DNA of 64,000 nucleotides. Source: an uncultured Candidatus Saccharibacteria bacterium (lineage in GTDB: Bacteria > Patescibacteriota > Minisyncoccia > Phycocordibacterales > UBA5272). Positions 37,838 through 47,598 of this stretch are shown piece after piece. The notes beneath the pieces are model-generated. The model had not been told where the DNA came from and ran no database searches. It worked only from the letters and a program-made list of their open reading frames with translations. Each line of letters begins with the position of its first letter. Position 1 is the first letter of the stretch. The position numbers were made by a program, and so were the translations under genes. The stretch spans positions 3,330 through 67,329 of the forward strand of contig CAZNZQ010000003.1 of assembly GCA_964577675.1 (NCBI GenBank). Reading direction: 5' to 3'.

Positions 37838-37842
37838 CAAGT

Positions 37843-39345
37843 ATGAAATACAACAGCATTGATAAGGGATTATTAAACAAAATGATGAAAGACAAATTAG
37901 TAAGAACGACTATCACTAAAGATAGTTTCTTCTACTTCTTTCATTTCTATTACGCTCACTATGTAAAGTACGAGACGGCAGACTTTCAAAAAGAGATTAT
38001 ACATCTTCTTGAGAAAGGAAATAACGAGAACCTATATGTTGTCGCTTTTCGTGGATCAGGTAAATCAACTATGGCGACAACAGCTTACCCAATATGGGCG
38101 ATACTTGGTAAACAGCAGAAGAAGTTTTGTATCATCTTTTGTCACACACGAATACAAGCAAAACAACATATGATGAATATTAAACAAGAACTAGAGAATA
38201 ATGATTTACTCAAGAAAGATCTCGGACCATTTCAAGAGGAATCTGATGAGTGGGGTTCATATTCTTTGGTGTTCAAAAAACACGGTGCTCGAATTTCTGT
38301 TGCCTCAACCGAACAAAGTATTCGTGGTATTCGTCATAACGAACATCGTCCAGATTTAATAATTTGTGACGATGTGGAAGATGTACAATCGGCTAAAACA
38401 AGGGAAGGTAGAAACAAGACATACAACTGGTTACGAGGTGAGGTAATCCCAACAGGAGACAGAAATACACGGCTTATCCTTATCGGTAACTTGCTTCATG
38501 AAGACTCTCTCCTAATGAGGATTAAAGAAGAGATTAAGAACGGTAAAGCAAAAGGCACTTTTAAGCAGTACCCACTTCTTGATCAAGATAATAACTGTCT
38601 ATGGACTGGGAAGTATCCGACAGAAAAAGATATAGAAGATGAGAAATTAAAAGTGGCTAGTGAAATATCGTGGCAACGAGAGTATCTTCTTCGTATTATA
38701 CCAAGCGATGATCAAGTTATTTATCCTGAATGGATAAAGTTCTACGATGAACTGCACCCCACTTCTCATAAAGCGTACCGTGGTACATATGCAGGTGTTG
38801 ACCTTGCAATATCTACTAGTGACGCCGCTGACTTCACTTCCGTTGTTATGGCTCGTGTATATGGTAGAAGAGATAAATTGCGAATCTATATCCTTCCTAA
38901 TCCTATAAACAAGAAGTTAAACTTTCCTGCTCAGGTTGATCTATTAAAAGATATTAAGAATACTCAAATGCCAAAATCAACAGATAATTTATTTGTTGAA
39001 AGTGTTGCATATCAAGAAGCTCTTCCTCAGATGCTAGAAATGCAAGGAATTAAAGCAGAAGCAATAAAACCTAAAGGAGACAAAAGAACAAGACTTGCAC
39101 TTACTTCTACTTCTATTAAATCAGCGATTGTTAAATTTCCACGACATGGATGTGAAGAATTGATTGAGCAACTGGTAGGTTTTGGTGTAGAAAAACATGA
39201 CGACCTTGCTGATGCTTTTTCTCTGCTTGTTAATACAACACTAGATAAGCATGCAAAAGAAGGAACTATTATTATGGCTTGGATTGGTCCTGGAACAGGT
39301 AGTGACGATATTATTCGTCACTCTGATTATGTAGATGTAGGATAA
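37843..39345 (+). CDS. terL: Phage terminase large subunit (Terminase_6-like)
   Basis: Walker A VVAFRGSGKST, ATPase N-domain, C-terminal RNaseH-like nuclease with acidic residues (DDLADAF); 500 aa. Confidence 0.7.
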   Translation: MKYNSIDKGLLNKMMKDKLVRTTITKDSFFYFFHFYYAHYVKYETADFQKEIIHLLEKGNNENLYVVAFRGSGKSTMATTAYPIWAILGKQQKKFCIIFCHTRIQAKQHMMNIKQELENNDLLKKDLGPFQEESDEWGSYSLVFKKHGARISVASTEQSIRGIRHNEHRPDLIICDDVEDVQSAKTREGRNKTYNWLRGEVIPTGDRNTRLILIGNLLHEDSLLMRIKEEIKNGKAKGTFKQYPLLDQDNNCLWTGKYPTEKDIEDEKLKVASEISWQREYLLRIIPSDDQVIYPEWIKFYDELHPTSHKAYRGTYAGVDLAISTSDAADFTSVVMARVYGRRDKLRIYILPNPINKKLNFPAQVDLLKDIKNTQMPKSTDNLFVESVAYQEALPQMLEMQGIKAEAIKPKGDKRTRLALTSTSIKSAIVKFPRHGCEELIEQLVGFGVEKHDDLADAFSLLVNTTLDKHAKEGTIIMAWIGPGTGSDDIIRHSDYVDVG

Positions 39346-39346
39346 T

Positions 39347-39808
39347 TTAGTGGTTTACACTATAGCCATTATCACTAGCCCATTCCTCAACTGCATCTTC
39401 AATCAAAGATGAATCTATTTCTACATCCCAGTATCCATCCGAACCGTACCCATCTCCTGTTCCATCAGAATTTAATTCTGCATTGACGTATATGTAACCT
39501 CCGTTTGGAAAATGGATTGATTCAACTTCGCCATTTGAAATATCTGCATCTAATGTGTAATAGCCATTACTCTTATGCGAGTACACTTCAACACTTTCAG
39601 TTCCATTGATGTATTCCTTGATCTCATCCCAGTGCTCATCTAAAGCATCATCATAATTGATACTTCTTTCCTTGGAATATCTAGTTGGGGGTTCTTGTTT
39701 ATATTCTGTTTTATAAGAATTATAATTAGTTTTTACTTCTTCTTTTCCAGAATTATGAAATACGGCACTACCAACTATAAGGAGAATAATTATGATAATT
39801 GTAGGCAT
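39347..39808 (-). CDS. Hypothetical secreted/membrane-anchored D/G/Y-rich protein
   Basis: N-terminal hydrophobic anchor IIIIILLIVGSAVF; no motif. Confidence 0.35.
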   Translation of the reverse strand: MPTIIIIILLIVGSAVFHNSGKEEVKTNYNSYKTEYKQEPPTRYSKERSINYDDALDEHWDEIKEYINGTESVEVYSHKSNGYYTLDADISNGEVESIHFPNGGYIYVNAELNSDGTGDGYGSDGYWDVEIDSSLIEDAVEEWASDNGYSVNH

Positions 39809-39870
39809 AATATTTTTAGAATTATAATTACATAAGCTGACATATTAAACCTATTCTACATCTAACTAGA

Positions 39871-41208
39871 TTAGATACAAGTATTCGGTATATGTAATGA
39901 TATTCTTTTATTTGATAACAGTATTTTAGAATTAAGACACTTAAAAAATTCTCTCTTCTCCTCCATTTCTCCCTCTAACAAAATAAACTTAGCATAGTTA
40001 CGAATATCAATATCTTTTACAGATATTGGTGTTTTGTTTCCTAGTAACATATATTGAAACTTTTTGAATCTTTTGACCTCATTAGTTATCTTTTCTTTCA
40101 TTGGCACTATCTGAATATCAAGATCATCAATAAGATCTTTAAGTTGATCTACTAAATCCTCCTCATTAAGAAACCCACAAGGACAATTCTGGTCTCTTGT
40201 TCTCGTGCACTTGTAATAGACGTATCTGTGAACATTACCATTTTGTTGATGTTTAAATTTCTCATCTGCTGTGATACCTGAACCACATAATCCACATGTC
40301 ATTATTCTTGTAAAAGCGAATTCCTTTTGTTCGGTTTTAGGTTCTAATATTTGACTCTTAATTTTCTCTTGAACTAAATCAAAGAGTTCTTTTGTGATAA
40401 TTGGAATGTGTGATCCGTTATACCAATTTCCTGAGTTTTTAGGGAATTCAAACCTTCCGTAATAAAAATGGTTTTGTAGTAATCGATAAAAGTTACCTAA
40501 ACTTAAATGGATATTGTTCTCAGTCTTAAAATCTTTATCATCTTTAAGCCAAGTCCACACCTTTCTACCTGACCATCCGTCATACCCAACTTTTTCAAAC
40601 ATCTCTTTAATAATAGGTGCTCTATCTTTGTCTATAATGGATTCGCATTTCTGATCCATTCTTTTAAACTTGGTATATCCAGTAGGAGGACGACATGGCC
40701 ATAAACCCATCTCTACTCTTGCCCTTAGACCTCTTTTAACATTGATACTTTTGTTATCATTCTCTAACTTTGCTTGAGAACAAAGAATCATAAGTAAAAA
40801 CTTTTCATTAGGAGAATTAGAAAATGTTTGTCCGTATGTTTGTATATGGATTAATTTTCTTTGATCCATTAAATCTACTAAACTTCCTAAATCTCCAGCA
40901 TTACGACTTAATCTATCTGGTGCCCAAGTTAATACTCCATTAAACTTTCCTTGATCTATATCTTGTAACAGCTGTTTATACACTGGTCGCTGACCTGAAG
41001 CTTTAGCACTATGTGATTCTCTTTTAACTTCCACTACATACAACCCTAAACGCTCTGCTATGGCTTCCATTTCTTTAATCTGTGAATCTATCGACAAAGC
41101 TTGCATTTCATCTGATTCAGTAGATTTTCTAGCATATAAACAATATTTAACTCTTACTTCTGACAAAACTATGTTTCCATGAATCTTTCCAATTGTTCTT
41201 GTTTCCAT
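39871..41208 (-). CDS. Large serine recombinase (resolvase/integrase family) with C-terminal zinc ribbon
   Basis: CLYARKSTESDEMQALSIDSQ (catalytic Ser), WAPDRLSRN, recombinase domain, C-terminal CGLCGS...CPCG zinc ribbon; 445 aa. Confidence 0.8.
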   Translation of the reverse strand: METRTIGKIHGNIVLSEVRVKYCLYARKSTESDEMQALSIDSQIKEMEAIAERLGLYVVEVKRESHSAKASGQRPVYKQLLQDIDQGKFNGVLTWAPDRLSRNAGDLGSLVDLMDQRKLIHIQTYGQTFSNSPNEKFLLMILCSQAKLENDNKSINVKRGLRARVEMGLWPCRPPTGYTKFKRMDQKCESIIDKDRAPIIKEMFEKVGYDGWSGRKVWTWLKDDKDFKTENNIHLSLGNFYRLLQNHFYYGRFEFPKNSGNWYNGSHIPIITKELFDLVQEKIKSQILEPKTEQKEFAFTRIMTCGLCGSGITADEKFKHQQNGNVHRYVYYKCTRTRDQNCPCGFLNEEDLVDQLKDLIDDLDIQIVPMKEKITNEVKRFKKFQYMLLGNKTPISVKDIDIRNYAKFILLEGEMEEKREFFKCLNSKILLSNKRISLHIPNTCI

Positions 41209-41555
41209 ATTATATTAATGACAGAGATCACTAGTCTTGCTAAGTCTATGCAGAACTAAAAAAGACGACATTATGAGATTAGGAAGTTACCTACAAAAAC
41301 ACCTTAGCAAAAGACCTTTTATGCGATATAATCAATAGATTAATACAAGAGTATTAAGACGGAACAATTTGCAGTAGCCTAAACCATTGGTTTCCAATGG
41401 CATGGTGAATTAAGTCTAATCAAAGCCAAAAAACCCATCATGTGGGATTTGCTTTGATTAGCCATACCTGGAAACGGGTATGGAGGTCGCAAGACCTCAC
41501 TCACGTGGTGGGCTTTTTGCTTTCCATAAGAGTTTTACCCAAATATAAAAACTTT

Positions 41556-42422
41556 ATGAATATTTTAAAAAAGATACTTTACGGTATAGGAGGGTTATGT
41601 ACATTATTTGTTATTACAGCACTCATCGTTCCGACTCCTAAAAAAGAGGAATCAGTTGCAATTGTAACAACAGCGACAACGACTAAAGAAAAAGAAGTAG
41701 TAGCTACTACAACTAAACCAGTTGTACTTGATAAAAAAGTAGCAGTAACTCAAGCAGTAGTTACAGTTCCAAAAACTGATTCTCAATATACTTATTATTC
41801 TATTACTGATGTCGTAGATGGCGACACAGTTAAGATAAATATTAATGGCACAATCGAAACTTTACGTCTAATTGGTTTAGATACTCCTGAAACTGTTGAT
41901 CCAAGAAAGGAGGTCCAGTGTTTTGGTAAAGAAGCTTCTAATAAAGGAAAGGAGTTACTTACTGGTAAAAAGGTAAGACTTGAAAAAGACACTACTCAAG
42001 GAGAAAAGGATAAGTACGGAAGAACGCTAGCGTATATCTATACTGAAAGTGGAATCTTTTATAACAAGTATATGATCGAACAAGGATATGCTCATGAGTA
42101 TACATATAACTCTGCGTATAAGTATCAAGCAGAATTTAAACAAGCTGAGAAAACTGCTGAAGCAAACAAAGTAGGACTTTGGTCACCAAGTACTTGTAAT
42201 GGCGTTACAACATCAGCACCTAAAACAACTCAAACGACCACATCTACTACTCAAGTCTCTGGGAAATACTACACTTCTTCTGCTTCTAATGCCACAAGAT
42301 ACTACCCTGATACATGCCCAGCGTGGCAAGATCTTTCAAAGTCTAATTTGAGGACATTCAACTCACTTGATGAATTGCTCGCTGTGTATCCTAAGAGAAC
42401 TATTGCTGATAGTTGTAAGTAA
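41556..42422 (+). CDS. Membrane-anchored thermonuclease (SNase-family) with Thr-rich linker and C-terminal extension
   Basis: VVDGDTVKI...LRLIGLDTPET...GRTLAYIY SNase motifs; N-terminal TM; probable start at the internal Met (ORF 41442..42422). Confidence 0.7.
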   Translation: MNILKKILYGIGGLCTLFVITALIVPTPKKEESVAIVTTATTTKEKEVVATTTKPVVLDKKVAVTQAVVTVPKTDSQYTYYSITDVVDGDTVKININGTIETLRLIGLDTPETVDPRKEVQCFGKEASNKGKELLTGKKVRLEKDTTQGEKDKYGRTLAYIYTESGIFYNKYMIEQGYAHEYTYNSAYKYQAEFKQAEKTAEANKVGLWSPSTCNGVTTSAPKTTQTTTSTTQVSGKYYTSSASNATRYYPDTCPAWQDLSKSNLRTFNSLDELLAVYPKRTIADSCK

Positions 42423-42486
42423 AAAAGAAAGCTATTATTTTAAGGTAAAATTTGATAAAATAGCAAGAACAATTTAATAAAACTTT

Positions 42487-43005
42487 ATGGTCACACTATA
42501 CCCCTTAAATACTATTTTAACGGTCGGACTTGTAACAGTTTTTCTCTTTCTCCTGCTTCCTCTCATCTTTAATAAGCGTAGACACAAAAGCGGTACAGAT
42601 AAATTTGAAGAGCTGTATAAAAAAATTAGTGAGGATATCAAATATTCTGTAGCTCCAAAGTTTATAGAATTATCACAAGAAACAAATGATCTTTTCGATC
42701 TCTCCGTTGAGATTTGGCGAATGGAACAACGCATTATTAAATCTTCTTCTGACTTACCAGAGAATCAACTTAAAGGGTTAGAAAATTCTATACAAAAACT
42801 AAAACGATATATTGGTAGATACGATATTGAAGTAGTGGATTATAAAAATGTGAAATACAATGAAGGTCTTAACCTTGAAGTTCTGTCTATAGAAAAAGAT
42901 TCTTCACTATCTGAATCAATTATAAAGGAGACGGTCGAGCCGACGGTTATGCATAAAGGTCAGGTGGTTCGTAAAGCAAAGGTAATTTTAATAAAAAATA
43001 ATTAG
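42487..43005 (+). CDS. GrpE-like nucleotide-exchange-factor domain protein with N-terminal TM anchor
   Basis: TM at residues ~10-30, coiled region, C-terminal HKGQVVRKAKVILI resembling the GrpE beta-domain signature (G..lR.A.V.V); sits directly upstream of the Hsp70-like gene. Confidence 0.4.
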   Translation: MVTLYPLNTILTVGLVTVFLFLLLPLIFNKRRHKSGTDKFEELYKKISEDIKYSVAPKFIELSQETNDLFDLSVEIWRMEQRIIKSSSDLPENQLKGLENSIQKLKRYIGRYDIEVVDYKNVKYNEGLNLEVLSIEKDSSLSESIIKETVEPTVMHKGQVVRKAKVILIKNN

Positions 43006-43011
43006 GACTCT

Positions 43012-45525
43012 ATGTCTAACCAACAAAATATTTCAATAGGTATCGATCTTGGAACAACTAATTCGTCTATTGCAATAAATAACAATGGCAATATTGAGAT
43101 TGTAAAAAAAGCGGGAGGAGTAGAGTACACTCCGTCAGTTTTTGGTTTCAATAAAGCTGGCAATAAGGAGGTTGGACAAAAAGCTTACGACAGTTTTTAC
43201 AAAAGCCCTTCAGAAGAAGATACAAAAAACTATAAGACTGAAATTAAGAGACTGATGGGTACTTCAGAATCTTTTTACTTTGAGAGAGCAAATACAAAAA
43301 TGGGACCAGAAGAAATATCTGCTGAAATTCTAAAGAGTTTAAAAGAGGATGTACTAAGAAAATACCCAGACTTTAATACTATTTCTGCTGTAATAACCGT
43401 CCCTGCAGCTTTTTCTGTCTTGCAATCAGAAGCAACAAAGCGAGCAGGAAATCTTGCTGGATTTAAACACGTTGTTTTGCTACAAGAACCAATCGCTGCC
43501 GCTGTTGCTTATGGATTCACAAACATTAAAAATGAGAACTGGCTTATTTATGATCTTGGGGGTGGTACATTTGACGTTGCGTTAGTTGCCTCAAAAGATA
43601 GAGCCCTGTCAGTACTTGGACATAACGGAGATAACTTTCTTGGTGGTAAAAATTTCGACTTGGAAATTGTAGATAAAGTAATTGTGCCAAAGATTTTGGA
43701 AAAGTTTACTATCAGTAATTTTAATAGAGGTAATGAAAAATATAAAGGAGTATTTTCACAATTAAAATTCTTTGCTGAAACAGCAAAGATTGAACTTTCT
43801 GAGTATGAAAAAACTTCAATCATGGTAGAAAATATTGGAAAGGATGATAATGGAGATGAAATTTTTCTAACCATCAATTTTTTGAGAAAGGACTTTGAAA
43901 ATCTAATCAAACCCATGATTGATCGTACTATTGAGCTTTCAAAAGAAACCCTTAAGGATGCAGGAATTAAAAGTAGCTCCGTTACAAGAGTCGTTCTTGT
44001 TGGTGGACCAACTCAGATTCCTTATATCAGAGAAAGAATAGAAGGAGACCTTAAAGTTATAGCAGATGCAACGGTAGACCCTCTTACTGTTGTTGCAAGA
44101 GGAGCTTGTGTTTTCGGAATTGGTCAAAAAATTCCAAAAGAATTTACAGAAGTTTCTTCTTCAAAAATTGATGAGGGTGTGATTCAAATTAATCTTAACC
44201 ATGAATCGCTCACATCAGATACTGAAGAAACAGTTAGTGGTATCATTGATGACTTAAAAGAATCAAGTGACGAATACTACGTACAGATACAATCAGATAG
44301 TGGTTTTTATAATGGTTCAAAGATTAAGTTAAAAAATGGTAAATTTTTTGACACCGTATCTGTTGAGCAAAATAAATCAAATGTTTACTGGGTCTACCTA
44401 TTTGATAAGGAAGGAAATTCTACTCCTATCAGTCCAGACTCATTTATGATTACACATGGGCTTTCAGTTTCGGGTGCTCCTTTACCTCATTCGATAGGTG
44501 TTATTGTTGCTAAAAAAGATCATGTGAGAAATATTGCCTCAAATGTATGCGAAATTATTTTTGAAAAAGGATCTATTCTTCCCGTAAAAAAAGTTATTGA
44601 TGTATACAAAACATCAAGAAAACTTAAGAAAGGAGAAGATAATAATTTAGATATTACGGTTGTTGAGGGCGAATCTGATATTCCTGATCGTAACTCATAT
44701 TTATGTGATTTAGGTATAAACGGTAAGGATTTACCTCACGATCTTCCAGAAGGAACCCCATTAGAGATATCTATAGAGATGAATGAGTCTCGTGAAGTCA
44801 AAGTTACTACATATATCCCTTTAATTGATATGACTTTTAATGCTCGTTCTACCATGCAAGATGAGTCCGTTGAAGTAAAAACCATCGAGTATGATTTAAA
44901 AGTTCAAACTGAAAGAGCTCAGACCGTTTCTGAGAATTGCTCTAGTGAAGAAAAGAATAAACTCAATACTACAATTAACTCAGTAGCAAATAGTCTAAAA
45001 GGTGCCCATGTTGATGAAGATGAAAAACGCAAAGCAAATAAACAACTTAAGGATCTAAAGGTATCAATTGATCAGCTTGAAAAGGAAAAAGAGATGCCGC
45101 AGTTGATTAATGAGTTTAATGAGAGCTTTGCAAAAGTTCAAAAAATAATAATTGATCTTGGTAATGATAAAGATAAGGTTCAACATGAAGAGCGTCTTAA
45201 AAAGATGAAAGAAGAGGGAGACAAAGCAATATCTGAAAATGATAGTGTTCTCTTAATGAGAGTAAATGAACAGATCGGTGAGCTAGGAACTAAAGCAGTA
45301 TTCTCAAATCCTGCGGCTTGGGTCTACCAATTTGGTCAGATTACGAATGGTAGTAAAAAGTTTATTAATGAAAAAGAAGCTGAATATTATACAGAAAAAG
45401 GAAAGCGTGCAATTGAGCTTAGTGACACCGAGGAACTAAAACGGTGTGTTCATAATTTATTACTTCTTCTTCCTTCTGATAGTTATGAGGGTCCGAAAAA
45501 TCATCTTTCGGGTATATCACGATAA
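43012..45525 (+). CDS. Non-canonical Hsp70-family ATPase (837 aa)
   Basis: Hsp70 NBD motifs IGIDLGTTNSSIA, DLGGGTFDVALV, VVLVGGPTQIPYIRE. The ~450-aa C-terminus is not a canonical DnaK substrate-binding domain/lid. Confidence 0.7.
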   Translation: MSNQQNISIGIDLGTTNSSIAINNNGNIEIVKKAGGVEYTPSVFGFNKAGNKEVGQKAYDSFYKSPSEEDTKNYKTEIKRLMGTSESFYFERANTKMGPEEISAEILKSLKEDVLRKYPDFNTISAVITVPAAFSVLQSEATKRAGNLAGFKHVVLLQEPIAAAVAYGFTNIKNENWLIYDLGGGTFDVALVASKDRALSVLGHNGDNFLGGKNFDLEIVDKVIVPKILEKFTISNFNRGNEKYKGVFSQLKFFAETAKIELSEYEKTSIMVENIGKDDNGDEIFLTINFLRKDFENLIKPMIDRTIELSKETLKDAGIKSSSVTRVVLVGGPTQIPYIRERIEGDLKVIADATVDPLTVVARGACVFGIGQKIPKEFTEVSSSKIDEGVIQINLNHESLTSDTEETVSGIIDDLKESSDEYYVQIQSDSGFYNGSKIKLKNGKFFDTVSVEQNKSNVYWVYLFDKEGNSTPISPDSFMITHGLSVSGAPLPHSIGVIVAKKDHVRNIASNVCEIIFEKGSILPVKKVIDVYKTSRKLKKGEDNNLDITVVEGESDIPDRNSYLCDLGINGKDLPHDLPEGTPLEISIEMNESREVKVTTYIPLIDMTFNARSTMQDESVEVKTIEYDLKVQTERAQTVSENCSSEEKNKLNTTINSVANSLKGAHVDEDEKRKANKQLKDLKVSIDQLEKEKEMPQLINEFNESFAKVQKIIIDLGNDKDKVQHEERLKKMKEEGDKAISENDSVLLMRVNEQIGELGTKAVFSNPAAWVYQFGQITNGSKKFINEKEAEYYTEKGKRAIELSDTEELKRCVHNLLLLLPSDSYEGPKNHLSGISR

Positions 45526-45530
45526 AATAT

Positions 45531-46991
45531 ATGTCTTCAATTTTAAAAAACAATGCTTACCACATTCTAGGACTAGAAACCTCTGCTAGCGAAAAGGATA
45601 TCCTGAAACGTTCAAAAGAAATGATTAACCGTCTTAAGGTTGATGATATTCCTGAATACGATTTAGATTTTAATTCATTGGAAAAACTTCGTACAGAAGA
45701 TGGAGTAAAAGATGCCTTAAGAAGACTTCAAGCTCCAAAAAAGAAGATCGAGGAATATTTCTTTTGGTTTCAAATAGCAGACGGAATAGACGAACAAGCA
45801 TTGGATTTTATTAAGCTTAAAAAATATACAGAGGCTATTGATACTTGGGAAAATGTGTCTAACGGTCAAAGTACAAAAGCATTTTTCTATAAAAAGAATC
45901 TTGCGGTTCTCTACTGCTTATTACTTTCTAATGAAGATAATACTGCTTATTTTCATAGCTCATTAGTTATATGGAAAGAACTAGTAGAATCAGAAAAATT
46001 CTGGGCTTCTTTTTCAAAAGTTTATAAACTGCATGATGAGCAAACAGCTAGTGAAGATATTATTAATGACTTCAAAAAACATATAGTAAAATCTCTTGCT
46101 GATATGTATACGGAGTTACATCATGCTCATAAAAATAATGATTACATCAGTGAGTTTCAGAAAGTTTTTTCAATAAAAGGAGGTAAGGCTGAGGAAAGTG
46201 TCTTGGGTCCAGTTTACCAAATAATTAATGATTCAACAGAGAAGCTAGAAAAACTGAAAGTCAGTGAAGATGGGATTCTTGACGCAGAAGAGAAGAAAAT
46301 TATAAAAGAGTCTATTAGGTTGATTCGACAAGAATTAAATAAATTAATTGACCTTGGTTTATATGAAGATAGTCAAACAAAAGTTATACGAGATAGAGTG
46401 GCAGATGTTTTAAGAAGTCTTAGTATCGACTTGCATAATAATTTAAATGAAACTGAGGTTGCATTAGGTCTCGCTAAAATAGCTGAAGAAATTTCAGGTA
46501 CAGGAGACTCTAAAAGTAAGATACAGGCTGATATTGCTACTTTACAGGGAAATCTTGAATATATAGCTAAAGAAGGTAATTTTAATAAAATTGTTGATCC
46601 AATTATGGCTGACATTAAGTCAGGTAATTCAGATAAGGCTATAGCTAAGATTAATGAATATATTTATAAAGCTGATACAGATCAAGAGTTAAAGAAAATT
46701 TTAACAGAAGTAAAAAGTACTCTAGAAGAACGAATAGTACAGCATGGTAAACCAATTAGCAGTGCCCCTTCTATGTTTTCTATTAATGGTGTTGGTACAA
46801 AGGTTTATGGAGATACCTTGTACTTCGTAGTATTGTTTATTCCTCTTTGCCCAATTTCAAGATATTCACTAACTAATAACAAAGATGGGAGTTTTAATTT
46901 TCATGGAAAACTTGAATTAAAACAATGGCAGACTTATTGGAAGTATTGTTTTATTGGTGTGATTATAATTTGGGTTCTATCTTCTCTTTAA
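45531..46991 (+). CDS. J-domain-like protein lacking the HPD motif, C-terminal TM segments
   Basis: NAYHILGLETSASEKDILKRSKEMINRLKVDDIPE has J-domain helix I-II organisation, but HPD is replaced by DDIPE. C-terminal hydrophobic stretches. Confidence 0.35.
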   Translation: MSSILKNNAYHILGLETSASEKDILKRSKEMINRLKVDDIPEYDLDFNSLEKLRTEDGVKDALRRLQAPKKKIEEYFFWFQIADGIDEQALDFIKLKKYTEAIDTWENVSNGQSTKAFFYKKNLAVLYCLLLSNEDNTAYFHSSLVIWKELVESEKFWASFSKVYKLHDEQTASEDIINDFKKHIVKSLADMYTELHHAHKNNDYISEFQKVFSIKGGKAEESVLGPVYQIINDSTEKLEKLKVSEDGILDAEEKKIIKESIRLIRQELNKLIDLGLYEDSQTKVIRDRVADVLRSLSIDLHNNLNETEVALGLAKIAEEISGTGDSKSKIQADIATLQGNLEYIAKEGNFNKIVDPIMADIKSGNSDKAIAKINEYIYKADTDQELKKILTEVKSTLEERIVQHGKPISSAPSMFSINGVGTKVYGDTLYFVVLFIPLCPISRYSLTNNKDGSFNFHGKLELKQWQTYWKYCFIGVIIIWVLSSL

Positions 46992-46995
46992 AAAT

Positions 46996-47592
46996 ATGTC
47001 AGAACATTTAAATTTTGAAACAGACTTTTTGGATAAAAGCTCTCCTGTAAAAAAGAATCACCCTCAGAAAACCCACACTCCTGATAAGGAGAGTACGGGT
47101 TCATATAATTGGAAAAAGATTTTATGGATTGGAGGAGGAGTGTTATTCTTTATTTTTATAATTGCTTCTGACGATGGTAGTTCAAGTAGCACACCTGCTG
47201 CTTCTAATTCAAATAGTTATAAACCAACATCTAATCTAAATTCCTCTGATGAAGTTGCTACAGGTCAGTATATTTGTTCACGTTCCAACCATACACGAGC
47301 CGGTGAGCTTGAACCGAGTGAGTTTGAAAAAAATAGCTTAGAATCTGAAAAGAATCAACTCTCATCTGAGACTGATAGTTTATCATCAGAAAAAAGCCAA
47401 TTAGAAAATGAGTATGTAGACGAATCAGACCAGTCTGCAATTGATACCCATAATTCAGCTATAGACGATTTAAATAGTAGACTGTCTTCTTACCGTGCTA
47501 GACGTTCACAATATTCTGCTTCTATTGATGCTTATAATGCTAAAGTTGATACATATAATAGCTTTTTAACTCAGAACTGTAGACCAAAATAA
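46996..47592 (+). CDS. Hypothetical single-pass membrane protein with Ser-rich and coiled-coil regions
   Basis: TM ILWIGGGVLFFIFIIA, then S-rich segment and heptad-like SLESEKNQLSSETDSLSSEKSQLENEY. Confidence 0.4.
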   Translation: MSEHLNFETDFLDKSSPVKKNHPQKTHTPDKESTGSYNWKKILWIGGGVLFFIFIIASDDGSSSSTPAASNSNSYKPTSNLNSSDEVATGQYICSRSNHTRAGELEPSEFEKNSLESEKNQLSSETDSLSSEKSQLENEYVDESDQSAIDTHNSAIDDLNSRLSSYRARRSQYSASIDAYNAKVDTYNSFLTQNCRPK

Positions 47593-47598
47593 TTTACC

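Noticed and set aside
43012-45525. Annotating the 837-aa Hsp70 as housekeeping DnaK
   Set aside because: The C-terminal half lacks the canonical substrate-binding domain/lid pattern. The partners are a TM-anchored GrpE-like protein and a J-like protein without HPD. The location is inside a low-GC island.
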